From: Eledone cirrhosa
Taxonomy: Eukaryota
DNA: 64,000 bases
Direction of reading: 5' to 3'
Assembly: GCA_964016885.1 (NCBI GenBank)
Contig: OZ024746.1
Coordinates: 26,226,001 to 26,290,000 of the forward strand
This document shows, piece by piece, positions 14,910 to 26,510 of the stretch; position 1 is the first letter of the stretch, and every line of letters begins with the position of its first letter. A model generated the notes under the pieces. That model saw nothing but the letters and a program-made list of their open reading frames with translations. It had not been told where the DNA came from and ran no database searches. The position numbers and the translations under genes were made by a program.

Positions 14910-15006
14910 ATATATATATATATATAATATATAATATATATATTTATCCTTATTGAGCCCTCTTTGGATTTTAGTCTTCAAATTTATTATTATTACTATA
15001 TAATAT

Positions 15007-15038
<32 letters not shown>

Positions 15039-15050
15039 ATATATATATAA
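8880..15050. repeat. ~6.1 kb almost pure A/T low-complexity array, (TA)nA units
   Basis: Apart from the two 45-bp inverted-repeat arms, only scattered G/C bases over 6 kb; the + strand is biased to AA rather than TT interruptions. Confidence 0.97.
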
Positions 15051-15134
15051 CCTGACAGGTTTAGTATATACACATGTCTTTCTAATTTCATTTTTGTTGT
15101 TTGATTTGTTTTTATGAAAAGCATAATATTTGAA

Positions 15135-15372
15135 CCCTTTTGTTACAATATTTCTAATGAAAAACACTGCCTATGGTTTTCAAATAATTTTGAAAATAAT
15201 CAAGAATTTAGAGGGATTTAATAATATAACAGCCTTTCTTATTATTAAGTTGGCAAAGGTTTTTATATAATATCATGATAGATTGTTTTTATAAAACTAC
15301 AAAAACTGTAAAATAAGCATTTCTGTATCTTAGAACCAGGACTTATTTCAGTTATTTTGGTATCGAAAGAGT
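15135..15372. mobile_element. Decayed piggyBac-type MITE, second family
   Basis: CCCTTTTGTTAC ... GGTATCGAAAGAG|TTAG ends; related ends at 35490-35735 (opposite orientation) and 35733/36718. Confidence 0.5.
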
Positions 15373-15811
15373 TAGATATTTTCTTCTTCACTGTTGATAT
15401 ATTTTACATGGTTTAATTTTTGACAAATTCATCAGACTCTAGCAGAGAGACACTAATTGGGTGGTCAGTAGGAAATAGAAGCAAAAATAAAGTTAAATTG
15501 AAGTCAATGTAATTATACTGTTGATGTTAAAGGTGACATGAGAGTTACATCAGAACATGAAAATATGCCAACCCCTCACCCCTAATACAAGGATGTTACA
15601 TCACACCTTGTGGATGTCACCCACGCATCACCATCACTACCACAATACCAACACCACACATCATCACAATATCAAACCCTCCACCACCACCACCACGACA
15701 CCAACATCACCCCACCACAAGCAATGGAAATGTTCTCTCTGAGAAACCATGTTAATTCAGGAGACATGAAATCATGAGGATGTCGGCTATGTAAATATTG
15801 AAAGATTATCA

Positions 15812-16000
15812 CTCTGACACACAGCAAAGTGGTTAGAATGTTCAGCTCATGATTGTAAGGCCGTGGATTCGATTTCCTGATCAGGTGTTGCATTGTGTCC
15901 TTGAGCAATATTTCATATTGTTTCAGTTCACTCAGCTGATCATAATGAGTTGTGATGACAATGGTGCTAAGCTATATCAACCTTAGCATTTCCCTTGGAC
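15812..16000 (+). mobile_element. Diverged CORE-like tRNA SINE
   Basis: AGTGGTTAGAATGTT...GGATTCGATT...GTGTCCTTGAGCAA...CAGTTCACTCAGCTG, homologous to the family A head and centre. Confidence 0.65.
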
Positions 16001-16154
16001 TTCTTATACAGTGTATATATAGAGAGAGTGAGCATACCATCATCATCATCATCACCACTTAATGTCTATTTTTCCATGCTAGCATAGGTTAGATGAGTTG
16101 TCCCATTGTGAGACAAACTAGATCAGGTGACTGACTTGCTCATATAGAACTGTT

Positions 16155-16290
16155 TCTGAACTATCCTGACATCTTTCAACTGCAGCAGGACTGTTCCCTT
16201 GCTCCATATGGATTGAAAGAGGTCAGTCTGCTTTTGCCGCATTTAGTGAACCTCCTGCTTTGTAGACCTCAGCAAAGACTAACTAATCCT
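16155..16290 (-). mobile_element. RTE-like LINE fragment, N-terminal part of RT
   Basis: Frameshifted translation AEVYKAGGSL..TDLFQSIWSKGTVLLQLKDVRIV fits the LINE RT region 'AE.YK.GG....LF..IW..G.VP..KD..IV'. Confidence 0.6.
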
Positions 16291-16775
16291 AGTGTTTTAT
16301 TACAAAAGAGCTGACTGATGGGTTTTTTTCTGACCTCTTCCTCTGTGGGGAAATGGTCAAAGTCCAGGTTGATCACCACCTGTACTAGCTGAGTGATGGT
16401 TTCATCATTGATTGAGGCTGAATGGTTGAGGACCTATTCATCATCAACATTTTATGTCCTCTTTCCTTGCCGACATGATGGATGGGATATCACAGTTTGT
16501 GTGAGAGTAAACGGGTCAGAACCTTGTCCTACTCATATGTTCCATATTTGGCATGGTTTCTATGGTTGGATGTCCTTCCTAATGCCAACTACTTTACAGA
16601 GTGTACTGGGTGCATTTTCTTGTTGCACCAGCACTTGAGAAGTTGTCATATACTTGACAAGACTGAAGAGTCCTCTCTACCCTGTATTGTCTCTGTTCAA
16701 TTGCCAACCACTTTATAGAATGTACTATGTGTTATTTTATCATGGCACCAAAACTAGAAACATAGAATCATCATT

Positions 16776-16967
16776 GTGGATTGGCAGTATCGGTAGAGGG
16801 TTGGACGCCATACGTTGTAGCATAGAGTCACGCTCCTTTACGGTCTGAGTTCAAATCCCACCGAGGTTAACTTTCCCTTTCATTCTCACAGGGTTGATAA
16901 AATAAAGTACCAGTAATACACTGGATTAATTGCTGGCCTTGTGCCAAAATTAGAAACAATTATTATA
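16776..16967 (+). mobile_element. SINE family B, full length (~190 bp)
   Basis: GTGGATTGGCAGTATCGG (A box) ... GAGTTCAAATCC (B box) ... GATAAAATAAAGTACCAG ... GGCCTTGTGCCAAAA.TAGAAACAATTATTA; at least 8 copies in the window. Confidence 0.85.
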
Positions 16968-18499
16968 AAACTTTATATTTAGTACTACTTATCTTTAATA
17001 CTACTTTATATTTAATACTACTTATTTTAAATGTGGAATTTTAAACTATATATATTTGCCAAAGATAAACATTCTAAAAGTGGACAAAAAAATGTAAAAC
17101 TGGGATGATGGGATGAAAAATAACCCTGTTCTCAACCAATCATATTTATAATAATTCCAACATGAAAAAATTAGTGACATATATATAAAACGCAATAAAT
17201 CAATTTATCTTCTCAGTTGAAATCATAAATAATACAGTTAATAGCCTATATCAAGTTGCATTCCTTAATGTCAGACTTTCTAAAAGTCTTCTGACTAGCC
17301 GTAAAACATTTTTTTTATCTTAGTATTTGTTACCATCATCAGCATTTTACGGACACATTCCATGCTAGCAAGGGTTGAACAAGTTGTCACAGTCAAAAAC
17401 TAGACTGGTTGGGGGAACGTGTCTTGCTCATACATTACATATTTTGGTATGGTTTCTATTGCTGGATGCCTTTGCTAGTGTCAACCAATTTGCAGAGTGT
17501 ACTTGGTGCATTTTATTGTGACACTAATGCTACCAGCTCATGGAGTATACAGGGTACCTTTTATTGTGGCACCAATACTACCACATTACAGAGAGTACTG
17601 GGTGCATTTTATCAAGGCTCATGAACTGCCACTTTTCAGATTGTAATGGGTACATTTTATCATGGTACCAATACAACTACTTTTCTGTCTGCCAGGAAAT
17701 TCTTTGAACACATATAGAAGACGGTTAAAATGTTTACTTCACAATCAAGAAGTCCTAGACTTAATCTGACAGTGTACCAACTCAATCCTACAATGTACCA
17801 GACTCAATCCAGCAGTGTACCAGACTCAATCCTAAAATGTACCAACTTAGGCAAGAGCCTTTTCTCATAGCCTTGGGTTGACACAAACTCATAAGTAAAA
17901 TTTGGTAGACAAAAACTGTGTGGAAACCTGGCAGATGGACTTTACCTCTAATCCAAAGGAGCAACCTTTTCACACACACTGTCACACTGATACTACTTAA
18001 GAACTACATTAAGCGTACACGTCTATAGAATACTCAACCAGTTACACTATAATACTGTATCTTGTCACACACTGTGTCATGTGTCATACTGTTTCACAAA
18101 CTGTATCATGTGTCACATACCAAATCATTCAGTGTCACAAAATGTATCACACATTGCGTTGCACACCATGCCATACACTGCATCACACAAAGTCTATCAG
18201 AACATAGACACTTCTTTCACCTGAACATCTCATAGTAGGAATCTGCTGATGAAAAATTAATGAATCCTGACATCACAAATAGCTGTGATATGATCACGGC
18301 TTAAAATAGCCACAGCATAACTATATATAAGCTTATTATACACAAACATATTGAATACAGCTTTATTCTTGGGCATGCTGTGTTAGAGACATTGCTAATG
18401 TGAATACCACCAAATTTACAACTTGGTCGGTGGTCTTTGAGTAATGCCACCTAATGATCAGGCCTGTGTGATTGACAAGGATGGGTTTGAGAAAACGGA

Positions 18500-18770
18500 G
18501 TGTGTGAAAAGTGACCACAGTCTAATGGCTGAAAACCAGTAAAGTAATGTAGTATCCCTACATGGTCACAGCTAATGACTAAAATCAGTAAAATAATGTG
18601 GTTCTCCAGCATAACCCGTAAAAGAATACAAGTATGTGGTGCCCCAGCATGGCCACAGACTAATGACAGAAACCAGGAGAAGAACATGGTGCTCCAGCAT
18701 AACCAGTAAAAGAATAAAAGAATGTGGTGCCCCAGCCTGGTCAAAGTATAATGACAGAAATCAAAAATGA
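18500..18770 (+). repeat. Degenerate tandem array of a ~45-bp unit GTGCCCCAGCATGGCCACAG.CTAATGAC.GAAACCAGTAAAAGA
   Basis: About 5-6 units; the same unit is arrayed in the opposite orientation at 41650-42010. Confidence 0.75.
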
Positions 18771-18838
18771 AAAAAATAAGAAATCAATGAAGAGAAATAT
18801 TTGGTGAAAGAAACGTTTAGAGACAGCAGATATTGAAA

Positions 18839-18922
<84 letters not shown>

Positions 18923-19042
18923 TTATATATATGTGTGTGTGTGTAAATGAGGTATTTCCGTCAGAAAGGTACAGGAAAAAAGAGTGCTCTATGTAGGCTA
19001 CAGAGCTTATTAGTTATGTAATAAACAACATAAGATAATTAT

Positions 19043-19103
19043 TTCATTTACCAGTGGTTTCTTGAAGACAAATGTTGTGTCTGTCTTCAGTCGTCAGAAT
19101 GAA
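19043..19103 (-). ncRNA. Type I hammerhead ribozyme motif
   Basis: Minus strand: TTCATT-CTGACGA-[CTGAAGACAGA cacaaca TTTGTCTTCAA]-GAAA-CC act GG-TA-AATGAA. 6-bp stem I, 10-bp stem II (first pair C.A mismatched), intact core, GUA cleavage triplet. Confidence 0.85.
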
Positions 19104-19566
19104 TAAAAAAAACATGGTGTTTTTATTAAATATGGATTTGAAAACAAAATTTAGGAAATATGAAAGTGAGGCTGAAAAAAACGGGCGAAAAGGAAATAGG
19201 GGAAAAAATAAAAAAATTATATATAAAAATATAAATATCCAGAATGTAAACATACACACACTCAACTACATGCATATACTAGAAAGTACGTAGGCGTATA
19301 CTTTCTCATATCAGAAATACGGACAGGAACATAAATACATACACATACATATACACAGATATATACATAAATACATACGCATACATATACAAAGATATAT
19401 ATATGCACTCAAAAATGTACACACAGATACGGGAAGTAGTTAGGAAGCAGGAATAACTAAATAAATAAATAAATAAATAAGAACAAAAAGTACAAAAAAT
19501 ATATGTATATATATACACAATGATATTAAATAAATGGAAACTATATTTATAAAACCATATTTATTC

Positions 19567-19620
19567 TATTATATATATTTCAAGGGTTCCAAAAAACTTT
19601 GGTACGCTTTCATCAGATAA
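19567..19620 (-). ncRNA. Minimal type I hammerhead ribozyme motif
   Basis: Minus strand: TTAT-CTGATGA-[AAGCGTACCAAA gttt TTTGGAACCCTT]-GAAA-TATATA-TA-ATAG. Stem II 10 of 12 paired, palindromic stem III, 4-bp stem I with one G.U. Confidence 0.75.
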
Positions 19621-19768
19621 AATACAAAGAGTGTTTTATATATTTTGACATAGCCAAGGAAATCATTCCTTATCAGTATATTTACTCCAGAAAACTGTTG
19701 AGTGCTCTGAATCAGTTATAAACATTTATATTTGTTGTATTTCCAACAAATTAAATATCCCTTCTACT

Positions 19769-19769
<1 letters not shown>

Positions 19770-19804
<35 letters not shown>

Positions 19805-19928
19805 AGAAAGTAAAAATCAAAATCAAAAACAAAATAAAAAAAGGGGGACGTGTTGACAACGATAGGTGTGTGTGTGTGTGTGGGGTAAATAAAAACAACT
19901 TAAATATAAACAAATACACAAGATATGC

Positions 19929-19959
<31 letters not shown>

Positions 19960-20065
19960 CACACACACATACATGCATATATACCTATAGACACATGCAA
20001 ACACACACATGTATATATGTGTATATATATATAGAATAAATATACATACACATACATGTGCATAC

Positions 20066-20098
<33 letters not shown>

Positions 20099-20480
20099 TA
20101 CATACACACACACATATATACACACACAAACATACATATACACACATCCACATGCATACACATACAAAAAAAACACGACAATATATTAGATAAATGAATC
20201 TCAAAGGTACATAACCTACGTACATATGTACACATACGTGTGCGCACACACTCACGCAATAAGAAATCAACACACGCATACAAATAAACATACGTAATCC
20301 ATACACACATATATACACATATACAAAAACATATATACAAACACATGCATACATATATACAAATACATATAAACAAATATATACATACATATACATATAT
20401 AATATCCAAACACATATTTATATATATATACACATATACACATACATATAAATATAAAAACATGTATATATGTAAGTACA
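19770..20480. repeat. Mixed (TA)n/(CA)n microsatellite tract
   Basis: Direct inspection. Confidence 0.9.
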
Positions 20481-20882
20481 CATAAGCCTATCTGCATATG
20501 CGCCCACATACAACCCTATGTGAGTACACTTAAAAACCTAGTGAGTAAGTAAGGACAAAGGGGGGTAAAACTGAAATAAAATAATAAAAACAATTATTAA
20601 GAACAGGTAAGGGAGAAAAGGAGTGTAAAAGCTGTAGTAGAGAGTAAGTCTTTGTGATGAGATCTGGATAAGGGTATATAGTAAAAAAGTGATCTGGGTA
20701 AAGGATAAAGGTGGTGGGTGTGTATGTATTAAAGGTATTGTAGATAGTAGGGGGGGGGGGATATAAGTCAAATGATATATAGAAAGAGATGAGGGAGAAA
20801 AAATATATATTGGTAGAAAGTATGTGTTCATAAGGTAATGAAATTGGTAGTGAGTGGCAGGCATGATAAGTAAAGAAGAAGC

Positions 20883-21210
20883 TCAAGGTGGTTGAGTAAT
20901 CGTTGGTGTGTTAATCCAGTTAAAAAGTAGATGCGATTTCAGGTGCGGGCAACATCTAAAGATCTCGGTCTTAGAGTTGAGACAAGTGGTAGGAGTTTTC
21001 AAGTTTTGGAGAATTCTAAATTTTTCCGTAGTACACAAAGAACATTTCTTTGTGGCCCTTTGGTATTCTCTTGAATGGTCTAAAATAGACCAATCAATAG
21101 TGTACGGAATGTTTTTGTCTCTGAACTCCCATACTTTATTTGCCAGCGCCGTTGCTGTTCTTTTTTCAGGGTGTTTGAAAGAAGCGACATGTGCATAATA
21201 TCTGGTTTTA
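20883..21210 (-). pseudogene. C-terminal remnant of Penelope-like GIY-YIG endonuclease ORF
   Basis: FKTRYYAHVASFKH..TALANKVWEFRD..IDWSIL..Y....KKCSLCTTEK..I..CLNSKTEIFRCCPH follows the PLE C-terminal pattern (FK.R...H..SF; C.LC..EK; LN..E...C.H). The GIY/YIG motifs themselves are absent, replaced upstream by (TA)n. Confidence 0.8.
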
Positions 21211-21406
21211 AATATATATATATATATATATATATATCCATATGTGGTTGTTGACAGCTGAGAGAAAACAGAATTCAATACCAAAGTAGTGTTTTAATAT
21301 TCATTTTATTAAGGCTAAATATAGAAATGGCTTGCCCCCCCCTCTTATTATTAAGAGGGGGGGGACAAACCATTTCTATATGTATATTATATATATATAT
21401 ATATTA

Positions 21407-21941
21407 TCTATATATATATATATATAAAAGAGAGATGTTGGTTGGTTGAATCACACGCAAACTATACACACACATACACACACACATCTAAAGAGAGACA
21501 CGGAGAGAGGCAGAAAGAGAGAGATAGACCATTATACAGAGAGATATAATTAAAGTGTTAGATATTCAGAGAGAGAGAGAGAGAAAGAGAGATAGTAACG
21601 TCTCACAAAAGTCTAGAAACGGCTTAAACTATATTGCGTTAGCTTTTATAAACTCGTTTTGCAGTCTTTGATTTTACAGAACAAAGAAAAATTGATACAA
21701 TTTGAAATTAATCTACCCTCCAGCTTTTGTCCATATACTACTTACAGACCGTACTAACGAAGTAACACTTCAGAAGCAATGTTATGTGCTATATTGTGTT
21801 TCAGATGACGCCATTTGGAGCTGAAAAAGATGATACTGACTATGATTATTTCAAAACATTTAAAATCCAAGGCCAATGCTACCATTTAATCAGCAGTTTA
21901 CACCCCCAGCCTAAAAAGGAAGTTTTATAAGTTTTTTTATG

Positions 21942-21974
<33 letters not shown>

Positions 21975-22078
21975 TTACAGTCTCGCCTCATACCAGACAA
22001 CACATCCAATACAGTCGTTTTCCCTATTATCCCTCTTCTCTTAACTGTTCTCCTGGGTGAAGCTGGGTACCTCAGCTA

Positions 22079-22079
<1 letters not shown>
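21407..22079 (+). mobile_element. Non-autonomous Helitron 1
   Basis: A|TCTATATATA..AAAAGAGAG 5' end; 3' end CTGGGTGAAGCTGGGTACCTCAG-CTAG|T; internal remnant FQMTPFGAEKDD..FKTFKIQGQCYHLISSLHP (~21798-21912) matches the RepHel N-terminal motif FQMTSFG..TFKIQGQ.YH.IGSL.P. Confidence 0.8.
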
Positions 22080-22121
<42 letters not shown>

Positions 22122-23081
22122 ACAGTGATTATGATATATATATATAAGACGATGATTATGATATATATAAGACAGTGATTAGTATATATATATGATATAT
22201 AGAGAGAAATATTTTTAAAAAGGTGAGAAGGAATAAATTTCTGCTGTATATTATATTCTAGAAGAAATAGATCATTTTCATTGAGAAGGTGAGCATGTAA
22301 ATACTGCCACTCCCACCACTGCTAACACAACACCACCATCACAAGTCAGACATATATACATGCATACATACAGACAAACATAATAGACACATATACATAG
22401 AGAAACAGATACACACATATTCAGAGATAGACATACAAACAGACATATTCATACAAAGACACAAACACGCACATACATTCACACACAGTCACATTTATTG
22501 CAATTTCTTTCTGAACTGTTCACAAAAATAATTTTTTTCTCTTTTATGACCAAAAATAACTTCAAAAATAACAATAAATAGTCTACAATTGCTATTCATG
22601 TGTGTACATGTAAGCAGGCGAAACTCCAGAGTAACAAGATGACTCACTATCTAGCCTTAATAAAATGAATGTGTGTGTAGAGAGAGAGAGGCGTGTGTAT
22701 ACATACACACAAACACAACACAAAGTAAATGTGGTGAGAGACCAGAAGCTATAGTATTGGCAATTGAACGGAGACAATATAGGGTTAGAGAAGACCCTTC
22801 CATCTGGACCAGCATGTGACAACCTCTCTAGCAATGGTGCCACAAAAAAAAAATGCACATTCTATAAAGTGGTATTGGTGATGCCATCAACAAAAGCACC
22901 CAGTACATCTATAAGGGGGTTGACATTACGAAGGGCATCCAGACAGAAACTATGCCACATATTTAATATATGAGTATAATGAATCACTCCAATCCTTCTG
23001 TCTCAACTATGGCAATTTATAGAACTCGTGTCAGCATGGAAAGTGGGTGTAAAATGATGGTGATAATTATGATGATATATA

Positions 23082-24570
23082 TCTATACTATAAAGCTGAC
23101 GGCCGTATGTAGGTAACAAACTTTCCGCCAAACGGCTGGACCAAACAGCACCAAATTTGCACCATAGATGTAACTTTTTCCAAGTAAAAAAGTGAGGGTA
23201 TTTTTGTCTACTGAATTTTGTTAAAAGATTAAAGACATTATTTAAATAACCCACCGAGGTTAACTTTGCTTTTCATCCTTACGGGGTCGATAAAATAAAG
23301 TACCAGTAATGCACTGGGATAATTGCTGGTCTTGTGCCAAAAGTAGAAATAATTATTTAAATATTCACTTCTTTAAAATTTCAAATGTCAACACTTCCGG
23401 TTATACGTCATTCCTCACTTTTTCTTATGACGTTGCATACATAGCTATAACGTAGTGCCCTTATAATATGTCTCTGTATGACTGACTGTCTGCATTAGAT
23501 AACCTTTTTCGAAATATTTACTTCTGCGTTCACAGACGGATTTTTTAAGTTTCAGAAGATCCCGTTAAGGGTGAAAGCAGTGATTCTTTGCTTAAACTTT
23601 AATCTGTTATTTTAATATATATATTCCTGTACAGATATTTTTGCATACACAAAAAGAAAAACCTATTTATTTCACGAAAGCACAGATGGCTTATCTTCAT
23701 TGTTACTGTTCGAGGTTAGAGGACCACAGTCTTTCCAAGATCTGAGAACCATCAATGGCCATCAATGTTCCACTTACCGTTTGGCTTGTCAGATGCGTGG
23801 TCTGTTACATGATGACAGCCATTGGCACCTCACCTTGCAAGAAGCAGCAACTGCTCAAGTCCCTTCTTAGCTGCGAACACTTTTTGCTATTATACTGCAC
23901 AACTGCGATCTCGCCAACCCTCTCGCACTGGAACAACCACCGTGAAAGTCTAGCTGAGGACATCCTCCACCACACACGCAGACACAATCCAATTTTCAAT
24001 GAGGTGCTCATTTGTCTTGAAAACAGTGTCTTGGAGATTGGTGGTAGGCCTCTAAGTCACTACAGCTTACCTGCTCCTGAGAGGAGTGTCAAGAGGTCAA
24101 CGTCGACAGAGCTTCTCCGCAAGACGAGCTACGAAATCAGTGATTCTCCCATGGTCAATTGTATGTAGCATGCTCTAGAGTGAGCTCGCCAAACAATCTC
24201 TTCATCTTTGCTCCGGAGGGCTGAACAAAAAATATTGTATACTCTGAGGTTCTAACAATGTAATTTAAATATTTTCTGTTACTTTGAATTTCCATTATGG
24301 TTGTACAAATTATTGTTTGTTAAAAAATGTGTTCTCTGTTCAGCCTTTGATGTTGTAACTATCAATTTTCTTTAACGTACTGGCTGCTGAACTGGGGAAT
24401 CCTAAAAACTATTCAAACCCAACATCAGAGCACGTTAACCGCCCCCCCCCCCCCCCCCTCGCTGACTTGAGAGGGCGTGCGGTATCATTACACTGGAGTG
24501 GAGGGGGGGATTCCTGAAAAGATAAAATGCCAGTATACCTAGCCGGACGCCAGCCGGACAGGCCAGCTAG
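23082..24570 (+). mobile_element. Non-autonomous Helitron 2 with RepHel remnant
   Basis: A|TCTATACTATAAAG 5' end; 3' end GCCGGACGCCAGCCGGACAGGCCAG-CTAG|T; ~23698-23970 translates LLLFEVRGPQSFQDLRTINGHQCSTYRLACQMRGLLHDDSHWHLTLQEAA..LRTLFAIIL..(frameshift)..ESLAEDIL, the segment between Rep and helicase in Helitrons. Confidence 0.88.
23250..23357 (+). mobile_element. SINE family B, 5'-truncated, nested in Helitron 2
   Basis: CCCACCGAGGTTAACTTTGCTTTTCATCCTTACGGGGTCGATAAAATAAAGTACCAG...AGTAGAAATAATTA. Confidence 0.85.
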
Positions 24571-25067
24571 TATATAATATGTATGTATACAAACACATAT
24601 ATACTTATCTGTGTGTGTGTTTGCCTTTCATCTTGATGGGGTCAATAAAGTAAAACAACGCACTGGGGTCGATTTAATTGACTTTACTCACCCCTACAAT
24701 TGTTGACCTTGTGCCTAAATCAGAAACTATTATTAGAATTGTTAAAGCATTGAACAAAATGCTGCTGGTAACATCTTTTTCACCTGAGTGAACTGGAACA
24801 ATCTGAAATGAAGCATCTTACTCAAGGACATAATATGTCACCCAATTCATGAATTGAAACCATGACATTATGGTTGTGATTATGCCACTAGGTCATGCCC
24901 TTTCACATATATTTTTGTTATTGCATTAATTGTGAAATTAAAACAGAACACGACATTGATTTATATCACTACATGGGCCTGACAAGGGTGAGTGGAAACT
25001 GGCAATTAGAATACCCAAGAAGTCTCCCAGGATATGTAATCTTGTAAGAGGCCAGTTAAACCTGTAT

Positions 25068-25485
25068 CGTCATCATCATCCAGTTTTTGATTATGCACGA
25101 CATAATTAATCCCTAAGTAGGGGTCTGACAGCGCTCCTTAGCGTCCCACTCCATGTGTTTCTGTTCGCCAGTCCTATTTGGGCCAGGCCAGGCCAAGTCT
25201 AGCTTGATCCCTCCATCGAAGTCCTTTTTGGTTTTCCTGGGCCTCTACTTCCTCCGGGATCGACATTCATCACTTTGCTGGTCCAGCCCTCACTGCGCTC
25301 AACCAGCGTATGCATCTCGTGTAAAGCACATCCTCGAGGTCATCGATCAGCTGACATCATCCTCAGTGTTCACACCGCACATCCAGCGGATCATAGTTCT
25401 GTCATCTTTTAGCCATTTCAGACAGTCAGATGACATGGCACAGGTCTCACTAGTATGGAGCACCATGCTTCTCACACACCTCTTG
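25068..25485 (-). mobile_element. Decayed RTE LINE 3' end
   Basis: Minus strand KRCVRSMVLHTSETCAM..DRTMIRWMCGV parallels ACIRTAMLHGSETWAL..EACMLRWMC; ends in a GATGATGACGA tail. Confidence 0.7.
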
Positions 25486-25624
25486 TGTATATATGTATAT
25501 ATTTACTCAATACTATTTACAATTAACAAATATATTTGAAATATCACTGTCAACATTTAACTATGGACAGGGGCTGGGAGAATACAATCTTTTCTCAAAG
25601 GTTTTAAAGTTTTATGAAATATAA

Positions 25625-25974
25625 TGGAGGCACATGGCTTAGTGGTTAGAGCATTGGCCTTGCAATCGAAAGGTTGTGAGTTCAATTCTCAGACTGGGTG
25701 ATGTGTTGTTTCCTTGAGCAAGACACTTTATTTCACATTGCTCCAGTTTACTCAGCTGTAGAAATGAGATGATAGGGACTGGGGTCCATATCATTCCACT
25801 GCAAAGTGGTCGTGGAGGTGCCACGGCAAAAAAGCACCCAGCACTCACTGTAAATGAGGTTGGTGTTAGGAAGGGCAACCAGCTGTAGAAATTAAGCCAG
25901 AATCAGTTCCCATCCCACCCTTGCAAGCAGGGAAAAAGCGGACGTAAAATGAAATGATGAATGAAATGAATGAA
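25625..25974 (+). mobile_element. SINE family A, full length
   Basis: Near-identical to 1192-1537; intact TGGCTTAGTGG A box; (AATG)n tail. Confidence 0.92.
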
Positions 25975-26351
25975 AGTATATGTGGTAATTATGCCTTTTC
26001 TCTAAAAGTATTAGTCATAACTAAGGCAGGTAAACTTATTCCACATGACACCACCATAAATGAAACTTAAGAGTTAGGCAACCTCACAGTCCTGGCAGAC
26101 AGGATGGTAAAGACATTACCTCGAAGGATGGTGAGGGAGACGTGCAGAAAGAGTCACTTCCCCTTGCGGAGCCAACTATGGTATGTAACAACATAAGAAG
26201 CCAGCTAAACCTGCACAGGTAGTAGTTGTAACAATAACATACATGTGTGTGTGTATGTAACATATATGTGTGTGTATGATAGGACTGGGGCCCCTATCAT
26301 TAAAACAATCAAGAAACCCTATATGAGATGTAAAATCACAGGAAGCCAGAT

Positions 26352-26510
26352 AAACCTGGATTAAACACCAACGTTAACCCATTTGAAACCTGGATTAAAC
26401 ACCAACGTTAACCTTTTTGAAACCTGGATTAAACACCAACGTTAACCCTTTTGAAACTTGGATTAAACACCAACGTTAACCCTTTGAAACCTGGATTAAA
26501 CACCAACAAT
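26352..26510. repeat. 34-bp tandem repeat AAACCTGGATTAAACACCAACGTTAACCCTTTTG, ~4.7 copies
   Basis: Direct inspection. Confidence 0.9.

Larger units (their letters stand above)
18945..21210 (-). mobile_element. Penelope-like retroelement, 5'-truncated: end of GIY-YIG endonuclease ORF plus long 3' region with hammerhead motifs
   Basis: PLE-like C-terminal coding remnant at 20883-21210 and two hammerhead motifs downstream on the same strand; both ends abut (TA)n/(TG)n. The left boundary is inferred. Confidence 0.7.

Noticed and set aside
19630-19682. Third hammerhead in the Penelope-like 3' region (minus CTGATAA...CAAAA)
   Set aside because: Both core boxes deviate from consensus and stems I and II do not pair convincingly.
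23755-24168. 137-aa ORF as a host gene
   Set aside because: Mostly an off-frame reading of the frameshifted Helitron RepHel remnant.
25625-25700. tRNA gene
   Set aside because: A and B boxes are present, but there is no closed acceptor stem and it continues into SINE body; it is a tRNA-derived SINE head.
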